Source of the DNA: Spirogloea muscicola
Taxonomy: Eukaryota
NCBI GenBank assembly: GCA_009602725.1
Contig: WELB01000019.1
Coordinates: forward strand, 337,705 to 381,058
Length of the DNA stretch: 43,354 bases
Direction: 5' to 3'
In this document: piece by piece, positions 15,403-27,900 of the stretch
Layout of the letters: the number at the start of each line of letters is the position of its first letter
How positions within the stretch are numbered: position 1 is the stretch's first letter
Program-made: the position numbers and the translations under genes
The notes under the pieces: generated by a model
The model's input: the letters and a program-made list of their open reading frames with translations, nothing else
Database searches by the model: none
What the model was told of the DNA's origin: nothing

Positions 15403-17918
15403 ATGGCGGCCCGCCCGGAGGCGCAGGCGCCGCCGGAGGTGTTCTACTCCGCCGCCGAGGCGCGCAAGTACACCACGTCGTCGCGCATCGTCGACATCCA
15501 GGTGCGCCGCCGCCGCCACCGCCAAAGCTGACTCCAGGCTCGCCGCCGCCCCTGACGCTTGCTTGCCCATCTACTGGAAGCGTCTATCTTCTTCTTCGTG
15601 CTCGCTCACGGCGCCCGCAATTTGCAGGCAAGGCTGACGGAGCGCGCGGTCGAGCTCCTGGCGCTGCCCGACGACGGTGCCGCGCGCCTGCTGCTCGACG
15701 TCGGTGAGGATTCGTGAGGCAGACACCACGCCCTGATCCTTATGCCCTGAGCCTCGAAACCCACTCCCAGAATGCTCACGCCTTGTGCCATGCAGCACGT
15801 AGGGCCGGGACTCTGCATCTCGGAGCTCGAGGTGCACCACTCGTTGCCGCGGCGGCTGTGTCGTCAACAGTCTACGGACTAAAACCCCAAATCCATAATC
15901 TCCAAGCTCGTCGATGACATACCTTCGCCTGCGCTGCTATGGCTGCCCTGCACGGGTCAATTCGTGCTTGCAGGCTGCGGGTCGGGCCTGAGCGGCGAGG
16001 CGCTGACAGAAGCCGGTCACCACTGGATTGGCTGCGACATCTCCCCGGCCATGCTCGGTACGCCGCCACAAGGGGCTCCGCCAGAGGCAAGGCCGAGGGC
16101 CTCTTCACCTTACGGCAGTACCTCAGCGCCGTGGGGGCCCTGCAATGCATGATGGCTCCGCTAATATAGTCATGAACACCCTCTGTATGTACCTGGCTGG
16201 CTTTTACGGCCGCTCATTTAGATTTAGCAGCCGCATTCTTCTGATGCGCACGCTCTTTTCGCTGCATCTGACGTGCAGCAGTGTCGCAGCTGATAAGAGA
16301 GCCTTCCTTAATTCCAGGGTTTGCTTGCTGGGTGCGGACAGATGTGGCCCTGGATCGCGAGGTGGAAGGCGACCTGCTCTTGGAGGACATGGGCCAGGTG
16401 TGTGCCCGTGGGGCTCCTCCAGTGGATGGCCAAGCTCTGCTCTTACTTTCTCAGGCTCACGTACCACATGAGGCTCTGCACGTCATTTGTGAGCTGTGAC
16501 TGTTAGGGTTTGGATGGCTTCACCACTTAAATCCAACAAGTGCCAAAGGTCTGAGAGCGAAGAATCAAGTACAGTACTATTCTATGCAGTGCGTTCCTTC
16601 TCTATCACTTTTCTATAAGGTGCCATTGCAGTGCTCAAGTGAAAGCTGCCATGTTTGTTGCTGGACAGGGCCTGGGCTTGAGGCCGGGCGTGATCGACGG
16701 CGCTATCAGCATATCAGCTGTGCAGGTAAGCGAGTTACTAGGGAGGAGCTGCAAGCTGCATCCGCTTGTTTCCTTGCCAGCTCCTGGAAGGAAGGCTGTT
16801 CAATTGGTTATCTGTCACTGAAGCCTTTGAGGAACTTCATATGCTGGCTGCTGGCTCAATAATGTTCATCTGAGCACTTCTCACACTTGGAACCTTGGCT
16901 CCTTGGGGATTCACTGTGATGTCTCTGACAAGCCTGGCCAGACTTTCCTGTTTAAACATGTAGCACTGGTGAGGTTCTAATGTGTTATGCTGCTGTGCCT
17001 CTTTGTATGCAGTGGCTGTGCAATGCTGATAAGACTGCCAACGAGCCCCGAGTGCGATTAAGGTTGACTCTAAGTTATTCATCTTGACAGACTGCACAGT
17101 AAGCAGAGTTGCTCATCATAGACATCAATTCATGGGCACCACATGCCTGAGATGCAAGCTTGCAATTCTGCAATAATGCAGGGCATTTTTCCAATCGCTT
17201 TACCGGAGCTTGACTAAAGGCGGGCGGGCAGTGCTTCAACTATACCCAGATGGCCAGAAGCAGCTAGAATTGATCTCGACCGCTGCAATGAAGGCTGGAT
17301 TTGCCGGGGGCCTTGTCATTGATTATCCTCACAGGTGTGCAAATCCCCAACGAGTGAGAGTCTTCAAACAAAGTCCTCACACAGAGTCTACTGCTTACAC
17401 TGATCGGAGTTACTTGCCTTGCTTGGTGATGAAGCACGAAGGCAAAGAAGTACTATCTGGTTCTGGCGGCCGGGCCACCGGCCGCAGAGGCAAGGCTGCC
17501 AAAGGCTAGGGGTGAGGATGGCGGCAGTGGCAGCGATGACGAATCTGATGGGGATGTGGACAATACCCAGGTAACGTGTGGAAAATCCATAACAATATGT
17601 CTATACTTGATCCTACTGGTTGACTACTCTTGCATGCCTGCACTTGATGATTGTTTAGGGTTTGGAAGCTGTATATCAGAAAGGAAGTCTCAAGAATAGT
17701 CATGAGGTGCTGAAGGATCAATGCTTCTGGCGACTTGGCAGGTGATCGTGGCTAAGCGAGAGCGCAGCAAGAAGCGGGCTACGGGGCGTGCGCAAAACAA
17801 GCGCGGAAAGGGGCGTGCATGGCTGCTTGGGAAAAAGGAACAGAGAAGGAACAAAGGCTTTACTGATGTTCCTGGAGACACCAAGTACACGGGACGCAAG
17901 CGCAAAGATCGCTTCTGA
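15403..17918 (+). CDS. BUD23: 18S rRNA guanine-N7 methyltransferase BUD23/WBSCR22 (RID2), multi-exon
   Basis: [115 protein letters not shown]. Confidence 0.96.
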
Positions 17919-18483
17919 AATGCTTTTGCACTCTCTCCAGCTATGCATCAGTTCTGCACACTCAGGTCTTTGGTTAAAAGCGCCTCCACTATCACAAGGT
18001 CCTGGGCAAAGCTGTTGCAGCTTCGGGCCTTTCTTATCTGGTACTGACAAGAAAGGCTGCTTAACGCTCATCACAGCATTATCCACGCCATGTAGTTATT
18101 GGAGCCATGGCAGTGCATGAAGTATTGCATGGGCTCATAGTTGTGCTTGTACATTACATTACTGCTATGTGAAGCTTCCACATTGCTGGCATGTCATTCT
18201 AGTGCTCACTCTACTTCAGAAGGCAGAAAAGATATTGAACGAATGTATATTGTCAAAGAATGGTGGGTCATATCTTAGCTTGCTCCCAGGTTTCTTCAGG
18301 AGTCAAAATATATGGAGAATGCAGAGTAGACCTATAGTACATGCTTTTGGGGCAGTCAAGATCGGGCTTTACATCCTGTCAATAGACAAGTGAGGCAGGG
18401 TATACTTACAGAGATGCACGAACAAGCAGCACTGAGGTCCGTGCTGCGGCCGTGCAGGATGCTCGCAATGGCGAGCACAATCA

Positions 18484-20208
18484 TCAGGCTGCAGCTTCGA
18501 CAGACAGCATCCTGTTCTGCAGTTCCCGCAGCTTCCGCTGGCCACACAAAGTCAAGACGCACAGGCGTTGATGGGATTGGTATAAATGAATACTCCAATA
18601 AAGACAGATCAAACACACCTAAAAAAAGCTGGAGTGATCCAGGCCTTGAGGAGACCTATGGAGGCCCCCTAAGGAGACCCCTGTTGCAATAAGAGCAGAT
18701 ACAGCATATGCCATAGCCGCCTTCCATAGATTTTGCCAACTTTCATCACCAATGCACACAACTTTTCATACCTGAATTGACTTGGACCGTCTCAAGGAGG
18801 AGTCCAGGAAAGTTGCTTGGTTGTAGCTATCCATTGCCCTCTCCAAGTCACCCCTGGCTGAGTGTGCTTCTGCTGCTCTCAGATAGGCCTGGTCATTCCC
18901 ACAGCAATGAACACTGTCAACCATGGCTCCTCTGTAGAACGTGCAAGCTCAAAGCTCCTAGCAGCATCTGCTTCCACGTCCGCTTTGCTTGTGACAGTAA
19001 TGATAGTTTCCTAGGATGCATGATGCTGGACCAGCCACACACTCCAACTGTTTGACCAACCAAAGACACCAATGAGTGCGCCATTCAGACGGAAAACTGA
19101 GACTGTCTAGGAGATCTGTAAGGACAAAGGTCTGTCTACAGGCTAGCTCACCCCTGCCCAGCTTGGTCCAACAGCAGCAGCAGCATGGGCGTCCTCAATG
19201 GCCCCGCTAACGTCGCCCCTGTGAAGGCGTACGGCAGACCTGCAAGTGCTACCTCAAGAGCTGCTAAAAGCTTTCCTTAAACATGCTCAATTGACGGCTT
19301 TCCCAGCAGCCAGTCAGGTAACAGACAGACTCAGCTACTTGTGGAGGACTATACACTCAAGTCACCTTGGGGTGCAAGTCGGTCAGCTCACGCACACCTG
19401 TTACCGTATATGAAGTGCAGTGCACCAGAAGGCTGCAGATTGATCGCCTGCAGCCACACAGATGGAGCACCAACTAAGAACTATACGTATAATCAGACCT
19501 TACAAGTTCAGCTTCATGCCACGACTTGGTACTTGAGCACGGCACTAGTATAGGCGGTAATATAGGCCTAACAACCCATTCAAAGCTAGACATCGGCCTG
19601 CAACTTGCTGATAAGTGAACTGCCCCTGCCTGAGTGTACAGGTCCTCTGCCAAGCCCGGGTTGCCGGCCTCAAACGCCGCGTTGCCTCGGTTCTTGAGAT
19701 CCAGCGCCTGCAGGTTGGTCTCGGCGTCGGCGGCGCCGCACTGGAGCTCCAGCAGGCGCGCGACGTGCGCCGCCGTGCTGCAGTGGCTCACCACGAGCTC
19801 CGCGGGGAGCATCACGGCGTTGGGCCCGTTGCCGCACCGCCCTGAGCGCGGCGAAGACCGGCAGGCCGCAGAAGAGTGTTAGACGGGTATTTCTGAACGT
19901 CTAGAAAATAAGTTACATGGAGAAGGGAACGAAAGAAAGCGAGACGGCACGAGAGCAGAGGCGAGCGGCGGTGAGGTCATGGGCGGCTCATCACCGAGGC
20001 AGCCGCAGGGCTCGACGGCGATCTGCGGCGGCGCGAGGCCGCGGAAGAGCTCCAGGCTCTGAGCCGCGCCCTCGCGGCGGCACGCCTTGCCGGTGCACAC
20101 CCGCACCTCCGCGCCGCCGGCCGACGGCGGCGAAGGCAGCGCCACGGCGGTCGGCCGGCTCCCAAGCGGCGTCAGCGGCGGCGGCAGCGGCGGCGGCGCG
20201 ACCGCCAC
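18484..20208 (-). CDS. Thioredoxin-like [2Fe-2S] ferredoxin domain + TPR protein (At3g17670-like), multi-exon
   Basis: EVRVCTGKACRREGA..VEPCGCLG|RCGNGPN (Trx-like Fd Cys pattern), then TPRs LKNRGNAAFEAGN..LYTQ|AINLQP..YGNR|SAVRL..AIEDA..|AYLRAAEAH..DSSLRRSKSIQ|RKLRELQNRMLSVEAAA*. No in-frame ATG; the ORF opens at GTG 20208. Confidence 0.85.
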
Positions 20209-20279
20209 GTGGAGGCCAGAGATGGGGGAGAAAAGTGAGTGATGGAAAAGGCCTTTCTAATGCTTTTCCGATGGAGCGC

Positions 20280-20890
20280 TTTAGCACCACTTTTCTGGCC
20301 CCTTCGAACCTTCATCGTTCTGGTCTCTCGGCTGGCCAATCACAGCCATCGCCCGCTGCTGGAAGAAGAAGAGCCTCTCTCTGATGGCTTATAAAGGTCC
20401 AGGATGACGCACATCGCTGGCAACGTAGTGGGCAGTGCAGAACAAAGAGAGCTGCAGCACTACATCGGATTTCCCCCAATGCGATCAGCTCCTGCCAGCT
20501 GCAGTCGACATCTTTGGCTGTTTAGGTCCTCGTTTCCACACTCTCCTTCAGAATATTGCCAGTCTAGGCTATGCACGACGTGCAGATGTCTTTCCGGCTG
20601 AGATTGGCTTGCCAGCTGCACATCTGTTGTTCTTGCGATGACGAGTTTCGGCCTGTTTGCATTGTATCCAGGCTAATGCTTTGCACCAGAAAGCTGGGCG
20701 AGCTCTAGTTGGCAGAAGGGCTTCGTATCTGTCTAGTATTCTGGCATCGTTTAACGACCTTTTTGTATTGACCCGTGGTTACTGAGCGGGTCAATCTGCT
20801 GTAGGGGATGTACTTCTTCAGATGTGCTTGCCTTTATACTTGGCCGTTTGGCCTCTGTTTGTTTCAAATACACGAAATTTTTCTCTGGTG
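20280..20890 (+). mobile_element. Degenerate 3' end of an RLE-type (CRE-like) non-LTR retrotransposon, subfamily A, preceded by a hairpin-motif repeat
   Basis: SAEQRELQHY/..DQLLPAAVDIFGCLGPRFHTLLQNIA..FLR*RVSACLHCIQANALHQKAGRAL, with a frameshift and a stop. The downstream 20768-20885 recurs inverted at 30466-30580. Confidence 0.7.
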
Positions 20891-21189
20891 GAGAGAAAGA
20901 CGCTTCCATGAGAGGGCGGTGGCTGGGAGAGGCCAGCTCAGAGAAAGAAAAGAGCGAAGGGAAAGCGCTAAAGCTTTTTCATTTCTGTTTGGAAGGGGCC
21001 AAGGGATGCGGTAAAGGAAGCACAAGACTCCCTCTGATGGGGCAGCAGCTTGCAGAGTAGCCGGTTACAGTGCAGCCGGAAACACTGTTGAACTTTAGCC
21101 TTTAGCATAGCTATGCCCGAAACTGCAGCGGAGAGGAGCTTAGAGTGCTTCGTGGCTACTTAATTTTCTGTGTGCTTCAGCATTTTCTC

Positions 21190-21840
21190 TGAGAAGAGTT
21201 CCCCTGGCCGTGGACGTGCATGGGGCTCTCGGGTCCCAGTGGCTCGACCTGCTGGCCAGGCTTGCGTGGCCCTCTGTGTCCCGCGCGAGGTGGGCCGGCT
21301 GACTTCAACGCCGCTGGCTCGTGGGCCCGGGTATATCGTATGCGTTTGTCAGTCTCCCTTCAGCGGTCCATGGCCCACGCCTTGCATCTGCGTGCTGGCC
21401 GTGCTCTCGCTGCAGCCTCTGGCTTTCGTCAGGGGGATAGTTTTCTGGCAGCTAGTCTGTTGGATTTGCGGCTCCTCACTCGTAGCTACTAAGTGGTCCA
21501 TCCTCCACCCGTTCTGACATAGCATCTTCAGGTCCCTCCGTCATTGTGGCTTTAGGCCCCTCCGTCATTTGGCCCCTTCGAACCTTTGTCAAATTTTTCC
21601 GGGCTGGCTTCTCACAGCCCTTGCCCCCATTAAAAGAGCCACTTCTCTGGGAGCCCCCTTGCTGCCGTCTTAGCACATAGTATCTTTGCGCCATCTGGCT
21701 CCTTCAGACCTTGTCCAGTCCTTTGGGCTGGCCTCTCATAGCCACCAGTTAATTTGGCAGCGCTGTTGTTTTCTCTGGCTCCTTCGAAACTTGTTCATTC
21801 CTTTGGGCTGGCCTCTCACAGCCACCGCCTCTCCTGAAAG
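21190..21840 (+). mobile_element. 5'-truncated CRE-like non-LTR retrotransposon, subfamily B, with repetitive 3' region
   Basis: PLAVDVHGALGSQWLDLLARLAW..VYRMRLSVSLQRSMAHALHLRAGRAL..LLTRSY*, closely matching the reverse complement of 36180-36570. Hairpin motifs follow at 21601, 21725 and 21805. Confidence 0.82.
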
Positions 21841-22142
21841 CGTCTTCTCTCTCTTGCACGAACGGTGTGTTGGCTTGAATTGGCCACTCTTCCCTTTCTT
21901 ACGCATACCGCGCCTTCTCTAACCTCTCGGAAAGAGAGGAGCGATTCTGCGGTGCGCAGGAATGAGAGGGAAAGCAAGCCAGTACACGGGTAGTAACATC
22001 TGCGGCTGCTGACTTGAGGTTGATACGCTCCTAGTCGCCAGAGGCAGTTGCATAGCTGTGTGCTTTTAGCGCCTTTTGGCCCTTGGACCTGTCGTGCTGT
22101 ATCCTGTCGACTGCCTATTTATGTCGATCTGACTAGGACAGT

Positions 22143-22184
22143 TGACTGGGCTTCACACGTGGCTGACTGGGCTTCACACGTGGC
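22143..22184 (+). repeat. Perfect 21-bp tandem duplication containing G-box/ABRE-like ACACGTGGC
   Basis: TGACTGGGCTTCACACGTGGC x2. Confidence 0.85.
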
Positions 22185-22299
22185 CTTACTAGGCTGACTC
22201 ATTCACTTCCGTGGGTGTTTCACGCTGAGGATGGAGGACCACTCTTCTCCCTATGTGGCTCCTAGGCTGGGTCATGCACTTGTGTGTGATTCACGCTGA

Positions 22300-23215
22300 C
22301 AATGGAGGTTCCACCCACCTCTGACTCTCGGCGACATCGACCTTCTCTTTCGGCGACACCGACTTTCTCTTTCGGCGACAACAACGACATCGACCGCTCT
22401 TCCGAAGCGGACAACACCAACAACAACATCGACCGCTCATCAAGTGCAGACAACCACAACAACGGCGTGACTACCAAGGGCCCAAGCCCACGCGCGACGC
22501 CAACAAGCCGAAGACCGTTCAAAGCGCAACGAGGAATGCCCATCTACAGGTACCTCAACCACCAACAAGACCGTCAAGGTGGGCGCTACCGAAGCGGTGG
22601 CGGGGCGACCGGGCAGCAGACCATTGGATATGTCCATCCATGGTTGGAAACGGCCCACGCAGGCCGCAATTCAGCTTAGCCAACCAGCGTAGCCAACGGC
22701 CGCATCTGGCCTATCAGGTAGCGCTAGGGTTTCACCGCGTCGGGCCCATGCGGAGGCGCGCGCTCTAGGCCAGGCAGTCCGCTTGGCAATCCTCACCCTC
22801 CTGCCGCGCCTGCGCCCACCGCGCCTGCGCCGACCAAGCCTGCGCCTACTCGCGCCTGCGTCCGCGAGAGGGCAGAGCCCGGCGTATACGTGCGCGCTAG
22901 TGAGCTTGCGTGCACACCCGCTGCGACGGCGAGAAGTCGTTCTGTCTGTGTGGTAAGCAGCATTTACATTGTGCTGTTCTTGCCTGTCTCTACATCTGAA
23001 GAGTTGCGCTCATTGTTTGAGTGCACGTTTCGAATCGATTGTTTGCGTGCATCCATTGGCCTCATTGCTTGTTAAATCACAAACACAGAAAAGGTGCGGG
23101 CTTGTACCGATAGTCCTTCGTAGATAGAGACCGCTTCTTTGAGGGAGGATTGGAACATACAAGTAGATAGGGATACTTTGAGACCCTTGATACTGGTTAC
23201 CGGGCACTGTCACGT
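22300..23215 (+). mobile_element. Possible retroelement relic (low-complexity ORF tail followed by an LTR-like tract)
   Basis: Repetitive CGACATCGACC/ACAAC ORF at 22302-22679 and CGCCTGCGCC repeats at 22800-22860. No diagnostic domain, TSD or second LTR was seen. Confidence 0.25.
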
Positions 23216-23589
23216 TCCCATCGATATACTACATAGTCAAATTTCACCATGTCTTGAGCTGTTTATCTGTTGTGCTCTTTGACAACTGACGACAATTGTT
23301 GACCTTTATCAGACTGTTTTCCATGTCAGCTGGTCAAGGTCTGTTATCGTCTAGACCTATCGACGTCATTTCGCACCGACACCTACTCGCATGACAGACC
23401 GTGTCCACATTTCCAGGGCTTGCTTTTAACAGCCCTCGGCACCTTTGGAAGAAATAGCTATTGCAATTTAAGGCAATGGATGTGAGAGGCCAGCCCACAG
23501 GAACAGTTTCCCCACGAAGGATGGTCACTTAGTCAAACCTAGCGAGCAGAAGAAAGTCAGAAAGACTTACAGCTGGAAAGAGAAAGCAC

Positions 23590-23690
23590 ATTTCAAGGGG
23601 CCGAAAAGCAGTCCCCTTCCTGATAGCCAGAGGTGGCAGCTAGAGCACGGCCAGCTCGCAGATGCGTTGGCCAAGCCCAGTGTTCACAGT
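23590..23690 (-). mobile_element. Short fragment of the CRE-like element
   Basis: CCTGATAGCCAGAGGTGGCAGCTAGAGCACGGCCAGCTCGCAGATGC matches 36268-36318. Confidence 0.7.
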
Positions 23691-24998
23691 GGCTTGTGCC
23701 TAAAGAGCGTATTGGCGTGCTTTCGCCTCCCCTTTATCTCATGTAACGCGCGCCTTTTGTCTTCCTCCAGAAGAGACTTCCAAAAGGACACCTCGCAAAA
23801 TTCAGAAGAGCAGTCAAAGCACGTATTAACGTGCATGCATTGCAAAGCCTGGAGACACAGGACGACAATGGTTCACATCCAGAACTCCTGAGCAAGCGAC
23901 ACAACGGCACTGAAGCCGGGCTGCTTACTTCAGTGGCCTTGCCGTCAGTTTATCGCATGCCGTGCAAGCTGCTGGAGAAGGTCTGTCCACCATATCATAA
24001 CATTCTAATATCCCATGCACACCCAAAATCGCGTTCAGGCAGCTACCCACCAATCAGCTGCCCCTTCTTTATTCATCCTTGGCAATGTAATGAGAGCGCT
24101 CGCTTCCTTTGCAGAGATGAGATTTGCAGTGCAACATTTCTACAGTGTCTGCAAGAGCCAAGGAACTGCAAAAGAAACAAAGAACTTGCAAAGAACTTGC
24201 TCCGCTCAAGAAGCAGCGGCTAGCGGAGAGCTTAGATAGGCCACTCCTGGTTTGAGTACTAATTTACAGTAGCATCCTAATACTCAAGCTCCATGCTTGT
24301 TGGAGCTACTTATGTACGGGGTAAGGCACAAGCCTGCAGTATACTATTACATTGTTGGCTGAACTTGTTCAAGCCAGATGCCAACCAGAAGTAAAGTGAT
24401 CGTGTGACCTGCCGCCAGTATAGACAGGCCCCACGAAAAGAGCACCCTCGAGAGCCTTGAGAGGCCTCAACCGAAAATACAATAAGCGGCAATTTAGCAG
24501 CAAGCCTTGAGTCAAAGTTAAGATCGAACTAAAGACCTACCTTATAAAAAGTCGCCTACCTAAGCACTGTGCTCCTTGCTAAGTAACCCACAGCTTGCAA
24601 CTGCGAGCCAGCTAAGTCATTGTACAACTCTGCCGCCACTGGCTTGCTTGCAGACGCCCTCCAACGGCCTGCATTCAGCCTCCACTCTGATGCCGACCTG
24701 TTCTAGGGAAAGGTCTGCCCAACACTGCAGCATCTCCCTGCTAGCAAAGTACAGCCTGCGTGCCCGCGTGACTTGCAGTTGGTGCCTCACTGCCCCCCCT
24801 CTGCATCAAGCTTATCTCAAGCAGCTGAAAATCAGAAGCTGCGATTGTTATATAGCCTCCCTTTGCAACTCATATGTGACCTTCATTGAAGGCTCCACTT
24901 GCAAAACACCAGGGCCCAACTCTCTAGCTGTCAAGTGCCAGCTCAAAGGTCTGTCCGACGAGGCTCGAAGAATGCCAACAGATGCTCAACCAAGAATG

Positions 24999-27900
24999 TC
25001 ACATGAGGACTGTGCACATGTTGGCGTCTGCATTGTCAAGGGACCACTTGCTCTTCTTTCTTGATGCTTTGGACCCTGCAGTTGCGAGACCCTCCATAGC
25101 AGAGTGCCCTGTTGCTATTGGATGAGCAGCAGCTGCTGCAGCAGCCGCAGCTGACGCGCGAAGCTGGAACAGCAACAAGTAACAGGTCAGTCATCTTTGG
25201 TGGAATGAGGAGCATCTGTTTTCAGGGCAGCACGTCAAGTGAAAATGCATTCATTCACGGGCAGCTATTCACCTCAGTGCTGATGCTACAAGCGATCAAA
25301 AGTGAATGCTGAAGTACAAAGACTTATCTAGCTGGCTGTCTACCTGCATGGCGGAGCGGTGCTGTGTGCCTCGCACAAGATCGCGCAGTGTACCAAGGGC
25401 CACATCATAGCCCCTGATCACGTTCCTGCAATGTAAGAGCCCATTATTTTAAACAGCACTAAGCACCACGTAAACCTAAAGGAGACACGCACAATGCTGA
25501 GAGTGGATAAGATTACAGCACACTGAAAAGCCTTGTGATATATACATGGATCAGCGTTCTGCTGGAAGTAAACGGCAGCAACTTACTTTAAGGTGTGATT
25601 GATGACGCGCGCAACCCAGACTTTAAAAAGTAGCTCTTCCCAATCCTCATCCCCCTTCTCAAAGTGATCCAGGAAGCGGGGATAGGCCGCAACCCATGCA
25701 TCCTCGTCACAGAAGCTCCAACATGGCCACTCACTTGCATGGAGCAGGCCCTGCCAGGGGAAATGAGGTGAAAGGTGGTTCTTAAGCAGCAATCGACTCT
25801 GCGAAATACAAACGATTGGGACAGCAAAACACAACACACCTTCGAATCTTCCTTATAACATTCACTTAACATTCACAGCAACTTGAGCTCCAAACACACC
25901 TTTGGAGAGACAAGTACCTACCTTGACCAAGGCAGGATCAAAGTGCTGCTGGAGCAGCTCCTTCTGCCGAGGAGTCCAGTTATCCCGCAGCAGCTTCAGC
26001 GTCTTCTCAATGTCATAACCAACCTTCTGCTTGATGTTCTCAGGCACGGGCTTGGCAAACTCAACGTGATGAACTCCAAGTATGTCGTCAAGCTTCTCAT
26101 TGCGAAGAGTCTAAGCCATTCCAATACAGCAAAGCAGTCAAGCAAAGCACATGCCACTGTTGAGCCCGAGGGTCAGTGCATAGTCCGCTGCTCTTTGACT
26201 GCTCCAAAGGTGCAACTTATCAGGGTGGATGCAATCAAATGCGGAAGCCACCATATGTGCATAATGAGGCATTTAAACAGTAATCGATTTTCTATTCTCT
26301 ACTTTGGTCCTTGTTAATCAAGAACCTGCTTCCGGTATGGCACAGTGCAGCCAAGACACAGGAGTCAGTGATACTTTCATAGCGACTATGACCAAGCAAT
26401 ATGTGACCAAGTCCCACAACTATGAGCCCATACCTGTATTGCAGTGAAGCATTCCACCAGCATGGTACGCAAGTCTCGTAAGCCACCGTACAGAGCATGG
26501 ACTTTCCCTGCTGCAATGTATACTTCTGCAACTCTCAGCCCAGCCTGTGCTGTCACGAAGGTGTAAAGTGTGTCGATACCCCAGTCACTCTGCAACAACA
26601 GGGGGAGCAGTGAGTCTATTTTGTACTCCTCCACCACCTTCTCCGACTGCAACTGATGTCAAGACAGTCTTCGTCTTGGACAGAGAGCATAGCCACCTGA
26701 GAAATATGTGTTCTTCTGGTGTATTGCAGCCTCTCAAGGCTCATGTCAAGGAAACCAGTTCAGTAAGAGCATACTATGTGCACCTGAGCGCGGACTCTCT
26801 GATCAGCCATAAGCACTTCGGCAGCCTTGCGAGTAAGTAGCAGTTCACCCCCCAAAGGCTGCTCAATTTGTGGTAGCACAGAGTAGGGCCAGATGAGGGC
26901 AACCCCAATCTTTGTGACCAACCATGTTATCATGGCATCCGTGCTGCAAGTAATAGAGATGATACATAAGGAGGATGCTTACTCAATTCCCAATATTGGA
27001 CAGTTTCAGAATCAGCACACGTAATTGCATCCCTTGCAGCACCAAGCAAGAACAGTGTAATACACCTCTTATAACCTGTAACCAACGCCTAGGTCTGAAC
27101 AGAAACACAACACACACCATATAAAACGCTAACGAAAGTGAACTGACCTGGACCGAGGGAAGTAATGCCGTACTACATCATAGTCCATGTCTGCTTGCTT
27201 CTCTGCCTTCGTAATCCATTCTTCCGTGAAAGATACGATATCAATGTCATAGAAATGGAGGCGACTGCACCAGGAGATGCTTGCACATATTTCAGCAGCA
27301 TGTTATCCACAACTAGTTAGTCTTTGCAACTGCCTCAAAAGAGTGGTAGTGCTCATCCTGGCTGCCTCAGATCTGAGATCGACGACAGCAGCAACTCTGG
27401 CACACTGAAGCTGTCCACTCATAACCATCTTCTCTCAGACATCGCTTCGTCCACAGACTGATGCCAGCTTGCTTGCTACATGGCCACCTCCTTCACAGGC
27501 AATATGGAGGAAACGCCTTGTTGGGGCACACACCTGTACTCAACATTCTCCAAGAAATATAGAAGAGCTGTATTCATGCCATCACCCTTGCCTGGCCGCA
27601 GATTGAGCCCGATCCTTTTCTGCTGCAGCAGAACAACCTTGGCGTTGGTGGCCTTCTCAATGCTTGGAGCTGCAAGCTCTATTGCATGCCAGGTCTCGCC
27701 ACGGCTGTAGCCCACACACAGCACACTGCCCATCCACAATATTCATCCAGGTCAGCACAGTTGATTGAGGACCTCCTTCTGGAAGACGTAGGCAGGGTGA
27801 CGCTACAGCTCTCTATGCAGCCCAGTCTAACAGGTGCGTGCCAGCTAGTAGTGCCTGTATCCTGTCTGATTCTATGTGAAGATGTTTCTAAGCATGTGAG

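Noticed and set aside
24999..25020. CaaX prenylation motif at the MGS C-terminus
   Set aside because: The protein ends CTVLM, so Cys is at -5 rather than -4.
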